From the IMG/VR virus record IMGVR_UViG_3300036781_000179, positions 9,285 through 73,284 of that record: 64,000 bases of DNA. The stretch is one strand, 5' to 3'. Under the pieces are notes generated by a model, which saw only the letters and a program-made list of their open reading frames with translations, ran no database searches and was not told the DNA's origin. Shown here in pieces: positions 17,570 to 28,591 of this stretch. Origin of the DNA: a virus. Position numbers and translations under genes: made by a program. Every line of letters begins with the position of its first letter. The stretch's first letter is position 1.

Positions 17570-19644
17570 TGGATATGGACTTTGAGGTAGGTAAACCAAT
17601 TAAAGTTCACATATATGAGGGACTATATTATACAACACCTCCTGTTCCAAAGCTTAATACCATAAGAGGGTACAAACTAAAAAAAGAAGACCAAGTCTAC
17701 CATAGGGATACCACCTACGAAAAATGGTCATGGAATGAGAACCCCAAAGATGGCACCGTTTGGTACATAGACCCCGAACCGGGGCAGTTAGAATGGTATT
17801 ATGCAGAGATAGATAGGATACTAAATGGAGCATGGATAATAATTGAGGGTAAACCAGTATTCTTAAACCTATTTGCTTATTTCTACCATCAGTGGTTTGT
17901 TTTAAAAGAGGGCGGTTATCCTGAATATCGTGACAGTTCATTAGAATTTTTTCGGTTCATAGAGATTGTATTCAATGACCCAAAATGCCGTGGTGCCAAT
18001 ATGATGAAAGGTAGGCGTAAAGGCGTTTCTACCATGTGCATGTCTATCATGCTCCAATTTGGGTTAATCAAGCAGAACACAGAGCAAGGCATAACCTCTA
18101 AATCAGCTATTGATGCTGAAAAGATTTTCAAGTTGATGCTTGTCAACGGATATAGTAGGCTACCAAGTTTCCTTAAACCAAGATTAAGTGGTACAGATAC
18201 CCCTGTCAAGACAATGCACATTACTAAACAGGCAGGCAGGATTACAAAAGAGGGTGGGACAGGCGCGAACAAAGAGGGCTTAAACAATAAGTTAGAATGG
18301 CGCGCACCGTCTTTAAACGTATTTGACGGAGATGGTTTGTGGGTATTATTATTAGATGAAGCCGCAAAATGGGAGGACGTAAATATTGATGAATACTTAG
18401 AAATAGCCCTAAATATCATAACCGCAGGAAAGCAAATAGGTCGTATCATCATAATAACTACTGTAAATAGAGGCGATAAAGGCGGTGACAATTATAAACC
18501 CGTATGGACAAACTCTGACCAAACAAAATTAAACGTATTAGGGCAGACAGAGAATAAACTATATCGTCACTTTATGCCCGGATACATGGGAGGAAGGGAT
18601 GGAGGATGGATTGATAAATATGGAAACTCAGTTTGGGACACCCCAACGCCTGAACAAACAGAATATCTTAAAAACGACCCTAATACCCTTGATCCGTATA
18701 TGGGGTGTAAAGAGTATTGTGAACTGCAACGAAAGTTAAAAGCTAAAGACCCTGAGAAACTACAGGAAGAAATACGAATGTTCCCTTTCAACCCGGAGGA
18801 AGTATTTAATGCTGCCAACAACAAGTGCCACTTTAGTAATCCTGATGAAATAAACAACCAAATAGAAAGGGTAGAAGCCAAATTAGAAGATGCCAGTCTT
18901 TACCGCAGGGGATGGTTTAAAAAGATGGACAATGGCGATATTGAGTTTAAGGATGACCCGGAAGGACTATGGTACATATTAGAATTGTTAGAACCAAATC
19001 AGGCAAATAAATGGATATGGAAAAATGGTCAAAAAACCCCTAATAACACGGAATATGGTGCAGGAGGGGTAGATACATTCTCCAATAGTGAATCAACAGC
19101 AGAAAAAGGCTCTGATGCCGCTATGTGCGTATTTAAACGATATAACCTGTTAGACCCTGAAAACTCAGGTATGCCAACAGCACTGTTTATAGGCAGGCCA
19201 AAGAATAAAAGGATATTTAACCAACAGATATTTTGGGGTGCTGAATATTATGGCATTAAAATGCTTATAGAACGTGCGCCTACAGATTGGTACGATTATG
19301 CCGAAAAGGAAAAGATATTAGGATATTGCCTTAAAACAAAACTCAAAATCAACGGACAAGAGGTTTATGGCTGTGCGCCACAAGATCAGGAAGCAAGAGA
19401 GCAGCACTTAACAGAAATGGTAGAATACATTGGCAATAATGTGGACAAGGTTTGGTTTTTAAGGATACTAAATGATTTGATACCATTTAATGTTAAGGAC
19501 AGAACAAAATATGATGGTGCAATGGCATTTGGATACTCCCTAATGGCATGTAAAGACAAGTATAGAAGTATTGTGCCACCAAGTAAAAAAGAAGCTATTA
19601 TAAAGACATTTAACCTGTTTAGTAAAAAACAAGCAAATTATTAA
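17569..19644 (+). CDS. terL: terminase large subunit
   Basis: 'KGRRKGVST' Walker A, 'LLLDEAAKW' Walker B, nuclease 'GVDTF..GSD' and 'YDGAMA'. Confidence 0.9.
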   Translation: MDMDFEVGKPIKVHIYEGLYYTTPPVPKLNTIRGYKLKKEDQVYHRDTTYEKWSWNENPKDGTVWYIDPEPGQLEWYYAEIDRILNGAWIIIEGKPVFLNLFAYFYHQWFVLKEGGYPEYRDSSLEFFRFIEIVFNDPKCRGANMMKGRRKGVSTMCMSIMLQFGLIKQNTEQGITSKSAIDAEKIFKLMLVNGYSRLPSFLKPRLSGTDTPVKTMHITKQAGRITKEGGTGANKEGLNNKLEWRAPSLNVFDGDGLWVLLLDEAAKWEDVNIDEYLEIALNIITAGKQIGRIIIITTVNRGDKGGDNYKPVWTNSDQTKLNVLGQTENKLYRHFMPGYMGGRDGGWIDKYGNSVWDTPTPEQTEYLKNDPNTLDPYMGCKEYCELQRKLKAKDPEKLQEEIRMFPFNPEEVFNAANNKCHFSNPDEINNQIERVEAKLEDASLYRRGWFKKMDNGDIEFKDDPEGLWYILELLEPNQANKWIWKNGQKTPNNTEYGAGGVDTFSNSESTAEKGSDAAMCVFKRYNLLDPENSGMPTALFIGRPKNKRIFNQQIFWGAEYYGIKMLIERAPTDWYDYAEKEKILGYCLKTKLKINGQEVYGCAPQDQEAREQHLTEMVEYIGNNVDKVWFLRILNDLIPFNVKDRTKYDGAMAFGYSLMACKDKYRSIVPPSKKEAIIKTFNLFSKKQANY

Positions 19645-19665
19645 TAAATTAGCATTAAAAAAGTC

Positions 19666-20094
19666 ATGGCAAAACTTCAACCACAACAGATAACACAGGC
19701 GATACAATTAGGAAAATCATTAAATCCGGTCGATAAAGACCCTACGCCACCTATAAAATTAAAAAACGGTCAATTGTTGACGGTAGACCAATTTAATACA
19801 TCTGCAAAAAATGGGATGCCGTTCACCTCAATGAACACAATGGCAGACTACATCAATGGATGGGCGAGAAAGCTACCACCTGATTTAAAGTTTTCACCCT
19901 ATTATAGAACATATGGGGGTCAAAACATCCCCGGTGGAGACATGGCTATATTACACGCCAAGTACTACAATAACCCACAAGTGATGCAAATACTACAAAG
20001 GAATATAGCAAAACCGGGGGAAGTTCCAATGTATAGCCCTGAAGATTCTGATGTGATAAAAAAGCTCCTATCGGTACAGCCTGAAAATAAATAA
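19666..20094 (+). CDS. hypothetical protein
   Basis: 142 aa between TerL and portal. Confidence 0.6.
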   Translation: MAKLQPQQITQAIQLGKSLNPVDKDPTPPIKLKNGQLLTVDQFNTSAKNGMPFTSMNTMADYINGWARKLPPDLKFSPYYRTYGGQNIPGGDMAILHAKYYNNPQVMQILQRNIAKPGEVPMYSPEDSDVIKKLLSVQPENK

Positions 20095-20129
20095 AATAAA
20101 TTAGTTAGATTTGACAAACTAAATAGACA

Positions 20130-22604
20130 ATGCCAGACGAAAATGTAATGCCTCAGTTTTATCAGGGGTCTTTTCCAAATCCTTTACTTCCGAAGAATAT
20201 AATGGATAGACCAGAAACTGGAGTGGCAGTTGCGAGGGCTATATATAATAGTTGTATAGATGGTGAGAACTCATTTTATTATAGGAGAAACAGTATTTTC
20301 GCACAGTGCCGCGTATTTGGAGCAGGAAAGCAACCTTTTCAAACCTATTTAGACTTATTAGGAGTAGATGGCAAACAGTCATTTCTAAACTTAGATTATC
20401 ATCCCCGACCTGTAGCACCAAAATTCAGAAGTATTCTTGTTAATGACATTATGAACCGATTAGAAACGGTTAACTGTACAGGACTGTCATTGACTATGCA
20501 GGAACGTAAGAACCTGAAAAAAGCAGAAGCAGCATTCAGGATGGATCATGGTGACTACATTCAGGCAATAGAAGAACAAAGCGGAATGAAGTTTACTAAC
20601 CCAAGTGACTTCACCCCTGAAAATGATGATGAGTTAGAACTATGGTCACAATTAAACGATAAAGAAAAAGAAGAATTGTTAATGGAGGAAGGTATAGAGT
20701 TTATACTATACAACAATGACCAAAATGCAATTAAAAAAGAAATAGCCGAAGATTTAGTAGATACGGGTTTAGGGTGTGAATACACTTATTTTGACGGTAG
20801 AAAAAGGATACGTTGTAAGAGGATTAGACCAGAGTATTTAGTTTATGGAACTACTAATACGTTAAACTTTAGAAACATGCCATACATGGCTCATTTGGAG
20901 CGTATGAGCATTGTGGATGTAAGGGCTATGTTCCCTAACTATCCCGAAAAAGAATTATACCAAAGAGCATACCAGTTTAAAGGGTTATATGGCAACCCAT
21001 TGGGATTAGTAGATTTCGTTATTGACTTTGAAACAGCTTACACACGTCCTTATGATAGCTACTTGGTAGATGTATTGTTTTACGAGTATAAAGTAATTAA
21101 ATCAATAGACTACACAAAAGGAACAGATAAGAATAATAATCCAATATTTGACCTATATAAAAAGACAAATGGGAATAATCCTAATAAAAAGTCTTATAAG
21201 ATAACCATACCAACAATTTACAAAGGAGCATGGTTAACCGGGGCAGATGATGTGATGCAGTGGGGAGAAATGGAAAACCTGATTAGGAATAATGAGGATG
21301 TGGAAGATGTAAGATTTAGTTATGCAGCTTACATGTTGAATAACAATGGGGACATGCTCCCTGTATCACCAATACAATCCATCAGGTCATCCATTGTACA
21401 GATGGACTTAGCAATATTGAAAATACAGCACACCTTAGCCACAACACCTCCTAATGGTATGAAGATGGATATAGATGCCATTACTGAATTGGATTTAGGA
21501 ACGGGATTAAAAAGTGTTGGGCCAATGAAACTAAGAGAGATTTGGTTGCAAACAGGGGACACGTATTATAGTGGTTCTAAAATATCAGGAGATAACGCCA
21601 ATAGAAATCCAATAGAACAAAACATTAATCAAATAGGAGATAAGATACAGCAGTATATAGGAGTGTACAACTTTGAATTAGGCTGTATAAGGGATTATAT
21701 TGGGATTAACGAGGTAAAGGATGGCTCAGAAGTAAACCCACGCTTAGGTCTTGGTGTAATGCAAGGACAGTTACAAGCATCCAACACAGCAACAGCACAT
21801 ATTTATAACGGGTATATCAGCATCAGAACAGACATATGTAAATCAGTAGCTATTATGTTATGGGATGCCCTGTCAACTGATACCACTAATGACATGTATA
21901 TTAAGTTATTGGGTAAAAAGAATGCTGATTTCATTAAGTACAACAAGGAATTAACCAAAAGTAATTACCTGACCAAAATTAGCACCAATATGTCACAGGA
22001 TGACAGAGTATTCTTAGAAAAGAACATTGAAGTAGCGTTAAGTCAAGGGAAAATAGAGTTGGAAGATGCGTTAATGGTGCGCAAATATGCAGAAACGAAC
22101 ATTGAATACGCTATTCGTTACTTGTCATTCATGCAAAAGAAACGAGCACAGATGGCACAAAAACAACAGATGCAGTTAGCTCAACAGCAACAGCAAGCTA
22201 CTGCACAGCAAGCGCAGGTAATGATGGCACAAAAACAACAGGACGAAAAGGATATAGATGACAGAGAGATAAAGAAAGTTGATAAAAAGGGTTCATTGGA
22301 TATGGTTTCATTGAAGCAGCAGTTGATTAATGCAGCATTATTGGAAAACATGAAATCAGGAGCAGTTTTACCTGCTTACGTACAGAATCTGATTAATGAG
22401 CAAATGGCTGCACAAATAAATGAGCAGGAAACACAAATAGAGCAAATAGAAAACGCTTTACAATTGCATGACCTGCAAGTTACAACCCAACAGATACAAG
22501 CACAAGAACAACAGGCTATGGAGCAACAGCAAGCACAAGCGGCACAACAAGAACAACCAATGCCAGAAGGACAACCAATGGAACAAGATATGATGCCCCA
22601 ATAG
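20130..22604 (+). CDS. portal protein
   Basis: 824 aa; 'LNLDYHPRPVAPKFRSILV' and 'IRDYIGINEVKDG' crAss-type portal motifs; Q-rich C-terminus. Confidence 0.85.
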   Translation: MPDENVMPQFYQGSFPNPLLPKNIMDRPETGVAVARAIYNSCIDGENSFYYRRNSIFAQCRVFGAGKQPFQTYLDLLGVDGKQSFLNLDYHPRPVAPKFRSILVNDIMNRLETVNCTGLSLTMQERKNLKKAEAAFRMDHGDYIQAIEEQSGMKFTNPSDFTPENDDELELWSQLNDKEKEELLMEEGIEFILYNNDQNAIKKEIAEDLVDTGLGCEYTYFDGRKRIRCKRIRPEYLVYGTTNTLNFRNMPYMAHLERMSIVDVRAMFPNYPEKELYQRAYQFKGLYGNPLGLVDFVIDFETAYTRPYDSYLVDVLFYEYKVIKSIDYTKGTDKNNNPIFDLYKKTNGNNPNKKSYKITIPTIYKGAWLTGADDVMQWGEMENLIRNNEDVEDVRFSYAAYMLNNNGDMLPVSPIQSIRSSIVQMDLAILKIQHTLATTPPNGMKMDIDAITELDLGTGLKSVGPMKLREIWLQTGDTYYSGSKISGDNANRNPIEQNINQIGDKIQQYIGVYNFELGCIRDYIGINEVKDGSEVNPRLGLGVMQGQLQASNTATAHIYNGYISIRTDICKSVAIMLWDALSTDTTNDMYIKLLGKKNADFIKYNKELTKSNYLTKISTNMSQDDRVFLEKNIEVALSQGKIELEDALMVRKYAETNIEYAIRYLSFMQKKRAQMAQKQQMQLAQQQQQATAQQAQVMMAQKQQDEKDIDDREIKKVDKKGSLDMVSLKQQLINAALLENMKSGAVLPAYVQNLINEQMAAQINEQETQIEQIENALQLHDLQVTTQQIQAQEQQAMEQQQAQAAQQEQPMPEGQPMEQDMMPQ

Positions 22605-22654
22605 GCTATTTGGAATAATGAAAAAGTTAATTTAAATTTGATAAAAATAGATTT

Positions 22655-23698
22655 ATGGCAGTTGATGTAAATTCAATGGAGTATGAGTTCTTTACAGAAC
22701 AAATAACAACACCCGAAGCAGAAGTTGTAGAGGAAACACCAGTAGTTGAAGAAACTCCGGTTGCAGAGGTAGTAACTCCTGAACCTGTAATAGAACAACC
22801 AATAGCAGAAACCCCCGTAGTTGAGGAAGCCAAATTTTGGACGCCTGAATTTAAGAAAGAAAGCGACAGGTATATCTATTCAAAATTGGCAGAAGGTGAT
22901 GAAAAATCTGTTTACGAAGTACTTAAACAAAAATACCAATACGATTCATTTTCAGATGAACAAAAGGCAATAGCTTATATTGCTGCTAAAAACCCTGAAT
23001 TAGATGATGCTGATTTGGCATTTATGGCCGCAACAGAATACGGTATCGGAGCAGAAGAAATTTCAGAAGATGAATTAACAGATGCACAGTTATTGGAAAT
23101 AAAGAAACAGGCTTTAGGTCGTAAGAAACTCATTAGTCAAGCCAATTCCTATTTCGCAGAACAAGCGGCTAATATAGAGTTGCCACCACTTCCCAACCCG
23201 ATAGACTTAGACAACGATTACAAAGTTTACAAGACACAACAGGAATCGGCAAAAGAACAAGCAATAAAAGACAAAGAGTTGTATGACAATACGCTCCAAT
23301 CAATAGAAACAAATGCCAAGATTATAACAGAAGTCAACGAGAAAATTGAGATTGATATTGACGAAGGCAAGTTTGCCTTAGATACCAATTTTAAACTAAA
23401 CGAGGATAGACAAAAACAATTAGCTGATTTTACAAAACGTTATACCCCTACAACAGAGGAATTACAAGCGTTTACAGACACCCAAACAGGCAAGTTCGAC
23501 TATAAGGGATACATGTCTATGTTAGCACCACGTGTTTTTGCAAAAGAGATCATGGCAGCAGGAATGAAACAAGCATTAGCAAAAGACAGACAGCAATTCA
23601 TTGAAAAAGAACTCAAAAACTCCACGTTACGGAATAACGATGTTTCTCAAACAGTAGAAACGCCATTTGATATTTTTACTGCTTATTCGTTCGGTTAA
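22655..23698 (+). CDS. putative scaffolding protein
   Basis: Acidic E/P/V-rich N-terminus; between portal and capsid. Confidence 0.65.
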   Translation: MAVDVNSMEYEFFTEQITTPEAEVVEETPVVEETPVAEVVTPEPVIEQPIAETPVVEEAKFWTPEFKKESDRYIYSKLAEGDEKSVYEVLKQKYQYDSFSDEQKAIAYIAAKNPELDDADLAFMAATEYGIGAEEISEDELTDAQLLEIKKQALGRKKLISQANSYFAEQAANIELPPLPNPIDLDNDYKVYKTQQESAKEQAIKDKELYDNTLQSIETNAKIITEVNEKIEIDIDEGKFALDTNFKLNEDRQKQLADFTKRYTPTTEELQAFTDTQTGKFDYKGYMSMLAPRVFAKEIMAAGMKQALAKDRQQFIEKELKNSTLRNNDVSQTVETPFDIFTAYSFG

Positions 23699-23737
23699 TT
23701 AACAAAAATATTCGAACTTATTTAAAAACTTAAAACA

Positions 23738-25099
23738 ATGGCACAGCCAACCGGACAAAACCCATCACACGTAGGACTACCTAATGGTGTAAATTATCAG
23801 TATCTATCTGATTTATCCATGTTAGTACCCCGTTCATTTCCAAAATTCATTAAACAATTTCCTGATTTAGCCTCTAAAAACTATATTGTTTTAAGGGAAG
23901 CTCAAGGATCAGGTGTTTATACGCCAAACAAAACGTTCTATTACTGGACACAAAAGGGCAAAAACGCACCATCATTTAAAGTACAGACCAACGTAGCAGC
24001 AGGTGCATCATCTGCCACTATTACTTGTGCTACCGCTTACTACATTGACAACAACACCTTGTCACCATTGGCAAATGGTCACTACTATCGTAATGATACA
24101 AGTGGTCAACTATACCAATTGACAAACGTTAACGTAACTACTCCGGGAGCGCACACTGCTACCGTGACCACTACTGATGGCTCTAACGTGGCTATTTCAA
24201 CCACTGACCTGTTAGTATGGTATCCAACAGTAGTAGGTGAGAAATCAGGTTCACAATCAACCATTGCACAAGTAGACGTAAAGAATACCAACTATTGCGC
24301 TACCATCAAAACCACTCAGGAATTTACTGATTGGGCATTGTTTGAGCGTTTGGATATACCTAACAACCCAGAAGGTTTCGACCGTATTAAATTCCGTCAA
24401 TCTTATAATGAGAAAGACCGTTTCTTAATGCAACAGGAAACCCTTTTGATGTTTGGTACTCCGTTTACCAATATTGCGGGTGTTCCTAACCAACACACAG
24501 GTTTAGTTCCATTGGTTCAGGCAAATGGTCAGACTGATACCACTTCAACAGTAGTAAATCAGGCTTACTTTGATAACATCCGCAGGAACATTGATGCACA
24601 AGGTTATTCAATGAACTTTGATGCTTTGTTGAACATTGAATTGCGCATGAAATGGGAAAACTTTATTGCAAGCTCATTTAACGCAGGGTCATTGGTTTAC
24701 AAAAATGAGGAAGCATTCAAAGGAGAAGGTGCAGAAATCAACCGTAACTTTAAAGCTTACGATTTCCACGGCATCCAATTGAACTTCAAAACTTATGATT
24801 ATTTCTCTACAGCAAATATCTATGGTGAAACACCAAACACAGGCTTGTGGAACAACGCAGCCCTGTTAATCCCACGTGGAGATGGCGTTAACCCTGAAGA
24901 TGGTACTAACGTGCCACGTTTCAATGTTAGATGGCAAGGAGAGAGCGAAACCTCAACTCCGGTTAAATTACGTTTAACTGGTGGTCTTGCTCCTGTACCA
25001 ACAGATGACGTTGAGCACTTGGTAGTATCAACTGTAGCTACTAAAGGTGTGCAAGTATTTGGTATCAATGGTTACCAATTCCTGCAATTAGCATCGTAA
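23738..25099 (+). CDS. major capsid protein
   Basis: 453 aa; position after scaffold; highly expressed codon style; followed by terminator. Confidence 0.8.
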   Translation: MAQPTGQNPSHVGLPNGVNYQYLSDLSMLVPRSFPKFIKQFPDLASKNYIVLREAQGSGVYTPNKTFYYWTQKGKNAPSFKVQTNVAAGASSATITCATAYYIDNNTLSPLANGHYYRNDTSGQLYQLTNVNVTTPGAHTATVTTTDGSNVAISTTDLLVWYPTVVGEKSGSQSTIAQVDVKNTNYCATIKTTQEFTDWALFERLDIPNNPEGFDRIKFRQSYNEKDRFLMQQETLLMFGTPFTNIAGVPNQHTGLVPLVQANGQTDTTSTVVNQAYFDNIRRNIDAQGYSMNFDALLNIELRMKWENFIASSFNAGSLVYKNEEAFKGEGAEINRNFKAYDFHGIQLNFKTYDYFSTANIYGETPNTGLWNNAALLIPRGDGVNPEDGTNVPRFNVRWQGESETSTPVKLRLTGGLAPVPTDDVEHLVVSTVATKGVQVFGINGYQFLQLAS

Positions 25100-25106
25100 C
25101 AACATT

Positions 25107-25137
25107 AAAGGGGATGCAATTTAGTGTCCCCTTTTTA
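25107..25137 (+). terminator. intrinsic terminator after capsid gene
   Basis: AAAGGGGA/TCCCCTTT stem with T-run. Confidence 0.75.
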
Positions 25138-25146
25138 TAAATTAAT

Positions 25147-26043
25147 ATGGAAGGATTAGCAGCAACACCAACTAAAAAACGGGGTAACCCAAATTTCGGG
25201 AAAAGGAATTTAGACGATTCAGAACAAGAAACCACGAATCCTATTGACTTAGGGTTTGAAATTGATGTTGATAAGACATACGTCTTTGAAACAATCAAAA
25301 AATCAGATATTCCAAGAGTAGAAAACTTGGGCAATAAATGCCGTATTTACGATGTAACAGAGAAAAGATACCGTGAATTAAGGTATGTGCCTGTTGCAGA
25401 TAGTATTTACAAAGAAGATCAGCATGAAAGCTATGACAACTATCCTGATACACCATTGGCATTTTACAGGAATCAGATATTGGTAAAAGGGTCAGACAGG
25501 CGTTTAATGGAATACATGTTAAACCATGACCTATACGAACATAGCCCTTACAGGATTTCAAACAAACCTGCTTTTTTCACATTGGTAGATAAAGAAGTAC
25601 AGGAAAAAATAAAGGCGAAGCGTCATGAAACAGAAATGAATGCGTTAAGTGCCATTAAAGATATGACTATAGAGGATTTAAAGCCTATTGTAAGGATTAT
25701 CTTTGGAATTACAGAAGATAGTGACTTAGCCATTATAAATGCCATGAACGAGCTTATTAAGCAGCCCAAAAAAGGAAGCGAAAAGCAAAGCAATGCAGAG
25801 AAAGTACTGGACAACTTAGGGAATCCAAAATTGGTTAGAAAATACAATATTCAGAATGCGTTGGATAATGGCATAATCGTAGCCGACACTAATAAAATGC
25901 AGGTTAGATTGTCAGAAAACAACACGTTCTTATGTAATTTAGTAAGGGCTACCTCCCCTAATGGCATATTAGAGGAACTAACAGCATGGTCATTTACTCC
26001 TGATGGAGAAAAAGTATATAATGTAATAAGGAAAAAGGTTTAA
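25147..26043 (+). CDS. conserved post-capsid protein
   Basis: 298 aa; 'RELRY' motif; same position as in crAss-related phages. Confidence 0.6.
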   Translation: MEGLAATPTKKRGNPNFGKRNLDDSEQETTNPIDLGFEIDVDKTYVFETIKKSDIPRVENLGNKCRIYDVTEKRYRELRYVPVADSIYKEDQHESYDNYPDTPLAFYRNQILVKGSDRRLMEYMLNHDLYEHSPYRISNKPAFFTLVDKEVQEKIKAKRHETEMNALSAIKDMTIEDLKPIVRIIFGITEDSDLAIINAMNELIKQPKKGSEKQSNAEKVLDNLGNPKLVRKYNIQNALDNGIIVADTNKMQVRLSENNTFLCNLVRATSPNGILEELTAWSFTPDGEKVYNVIRKKV

Positions 26044-26063
26044 TAGCGTTTCACTCCCTCCGA

Positions 26064-26106
26064 GAAGCCCCGTTCAGTATAAAATCTGCCGGGGTTTCGT
26101 TTTTTA
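26064..26106 (+). terminator. intrinsic terminator
   Basis: GAAGCCCCG/CGGGGTTTC stem followed by T-run. Confidence 0.7.
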
Positions 26107-26296
26107 CCTAAACCAAATGGTATAGACCAATAGCCAACCTACTATTGCTAATATCACACAAACACCCCTATATCCCCAATAGTAAACCGTTGGAGTAGGC
26201 AGCACAAAACTAAGAAGCGTGAATACAATAGTAGATACTGTAATAAATAATTTAGTGATTTCCATAATCACACTACAACCAAAAAAAGAAAAAGTT

Positions 26297-26461
26297 TTAT
26301 TTACCTTTAACCTTCTTTAGAGCAGGATTTGCTTTTTTAGCCGCAGAACTTGCACCTCTGCTCGCAGATGCGACAATAGCTCCGGCTGATTTCTTTGAGT
26401 AACCTTCTTTTTCTACTTTTTGCATTGCTCCTTTGAAGCCGATGTGTTTTACTTTTTTCAT
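26297..26461 (-). CDS. small basic Lys/Ala-rich protein (54 aa; not in ORF track)
   Basis: Manual translation MKKVKHIGFKGAMQKVEKEGYSKKSAGAIVASASRGASSAAKKANPALKKVKGK. Confidence 0.7.
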   Translation of the reverse strand: MKKVKHIGFKGAMQKVEKEGYSKKSAGAIVASASRGASSAAKKANPALKKVKGK

Positions 26462-26512
26462 GACTTTTTTTCTTTATATTTGATAATTCAAAAATAGTAT
26501 ATTTACAGGGAA

Positions 26513-27175
26513 ATGATAAATATAAATGACGTTAAAGTTCTGAGTTATGATTTAGCAGCGAAGCAGGAACGTGCATTCCCATCACCTGATGAATTTAACT
26601 CTTATGCAAATTTAGCAAGTTTAGACCTATTTAACTATTACAACGATGAACGTAATAAAATGTTATTGCGTGTTAAATCAGGAGAATCATTAAAAATACC
26701 ACAGGTTTTAAACAATTTCGTACTGAATGATGTAAGTTTAACATTAACATCAGGGTCGGCATCGGTTCCATCAAATTATGCTTATGATTTAGCATTTAAA
26801 ACCCCTGTAAATTCAGTTAATAAAACCATAATAAAAGTAGATTTTGACAAGGTAGAAAGTTATTTAAACAGCACTATTGACCCACCAACAGCTACAAACC
26901 CTATTTTTATAGAAACTGCAAACAATTTCCAAATATATCCAACCACTATAACACCTGCTTTGTTAACCTATTTAAAATACCCTGATACCGTAGTATGGGG
27001 ATATTCAATGGCTACAGGCAGACCTGTTTATGATCCTACAACATCAGTTAATTTTGAATGGCCGGAATCGGAGTTATTCAGGTTAACAGCAAGGATTTTA
27101 GGATATATGGGAATATCCATTAGAGATAGCGAATTAGAACGGTATGCACAACAGCAAACACAAATAGCAAGTTAA
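26513..27175 (+). CDS. tail ring/adaptor protein
   Basis: 'SPDEFNSYANLASLDLF', 'YLKYPDTVVWGY', 'LGYMGISIRD' resemble crAss-type ring proteins. Confidence 0.7.
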   Translation: MININDVKVLSYDLAAKQERAFPSPDEFNSYANLASLDLFNYYNDERNKMLLRVKSGESLKIPQVLNNFVLNDVSLTLTSGSASVPSNYAYDLAFKTPVNSVNKTIIKVDFDKVESYLNSTIDPPTATNPIFIETANNFQIYPTTITPALLTYLKYPDTVVWGYSMATGRPVYDPTTSVNFEWPESELFRLTARILGYMGISIRDSELERYAQQQTQIAS

Positions 27176-27176
27176 C

Positions 27177-27827
27177 ATGGCACTAACCACTAAAAGACAA
27201 ATTGTAGACGAAATACGTTATCAAGTGTTTGGAGGAATGCCAAATAACAGCACAGCTATCAGTGAGAACTTTGTGTTAAGGTTGTTGAATAATAGAATAG
27301 CAGAAGCAGCCGTTAAAAACTCTTACATCAATTCAAATTTAGAAGGAGTTTTGTATGCAGATGATATTTTCACACTAACCTACAGTAACATCACTTTACT
27401 AACAGATGCTAATTCAGGGCTTAAATACTTTGAATTACCAACACAACCAGTAGGTTTACCAAATAAACGTGCTATAACCATATTCCCACCAAAAACAAGG
27501 GGTGGTTTTATGGATGACCTATTTAAGCCAATACTTAGAAGTAAGGTAACAAAAGTAAGGAGGTTGCCTAATTTAAAAAAGGTATTTCACTTTACTGAAA
27601 ACGGAAATGAATACTTTGTAGACAATTTTCAGATCATGGATTCTTTTTCCAACGTTAACCTGTCTATAGTGAGCGCAGGAGCATTGGATTTGGATGATAA
27701 TATAAACATGCCAGAAGATATGATAAGTGGCGTAAAAGCCCTGATAATAGCAGAATGTAGACAGATGATGGGTATTCAAGATTTGACCCCACTTCCCGCA
27801 GTCGATAACCCTCAACCTCGTAGATAA
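27177..27827 (+). CDS. tail ring/tube protein
   Basis: Size and position in tail module. Confidence 0.6.
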   Translation: MALTTKRQIVDEIRYQVFGGMPNNSTAISENFVLRLLNNRIAEAAVKNSYINSNLEGVLYADDIFTLTYSNITLLTDANSGLKYFELPTQPVGLPNKRAITIFPPKTRGGFMDDLFKPILRSKVTKVRRLPNLKKVFHFTENGNEYFVDNFQIMDSFSNVNLSIVSAGALDLDDNINMPEDMISGVKALIIAECRQMMGIQDLTPLPAVDNPQPRR

Positions 27828-28588
27828 TGGAATCAGCATTAATTACATTAGATGAAGTAACAGAATTTTTTTTAGACCAATTTGATTACATTCCTGAATC
27901 GAGATATGACAAAGTATCAAGGTTGGCTATAAGAGGTTTTCGTTTGTTTCATCGTGATTCCACAGGCATACCAAAAACAGTAACCATACCCGTACAGGCT
28001 AACAATACAGCAGTATTGCCATCTGATTGTTTAACTAAGATAGCAATAGGTGTACTAAACCAACGCGGAGAGATCGCCTCATTAACAGAAGATAGTTTAC
28101 TGTCACTCACAAAGGATGAAAGTTCACAGAGGCTAAAACAACCTACAGACCATACTTTGATTGATAACACAGATATGATTATCAACTTTACCGAAAACTT
28201 AAATACAACCTATCCATTTTTAGGATATGGACAATATGGTTTAGGCGCGACAGGTACATTAGGATTTTACAGGATTGATTGGGGACACAGGGTAATTATA
28301 TTCAATTTTGGATTTTGTCAACAAGAGATTATATTTGAATATTTGGCTACCCCTAATTGCGAGGATGGTAATTTTATGATTAACGCCTTATATCAGGAAG
28401 CACTGATAGCGTTTATAGCGTGGCAGTATAGTGTAGGAGATAAAAAGGCAAGCAGGGCAGAACGTTTGGACAATAAGAGAGATTATGATGTAGCCTATGC
28501 TAATGCAAGACGTGCCGCTCATCCTTTTGACCCAAGCAACGTGTACAACCAATATAGGCAAGGAGTTCGTTTATCCCCTAAAGCATAA
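27827..28588 (+). CDS. tail ring/tube protein
   Basis: 'LPSDCL', 'IIFEY', 'EALIAFI' motifs; position. Confidence 0.6.
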   Translation: MESALITLDEVTEFFLDQFDYIPESRYDKVSRLAIRGFRLFHRDSTGIPKTVTIPVQANNTAVLPSDCLTKIAIGVLNQRGEIASLTEDSLLSLTKDESSQRLKQPTDHTLIDNTDMIINFTENLNTTYPFLGYGQYGLGATGTLGFYRIDWGHRVIIFNFGFCQQEIIFEYLATPNCEDGNFMINALYQEALIAFIAWQYSVGDKKASRAERLDNKRDYDVAYANARRAAHPFDPSNVYNQYRQGVRLSPKA

Positions 28589-28591
28589 GAG

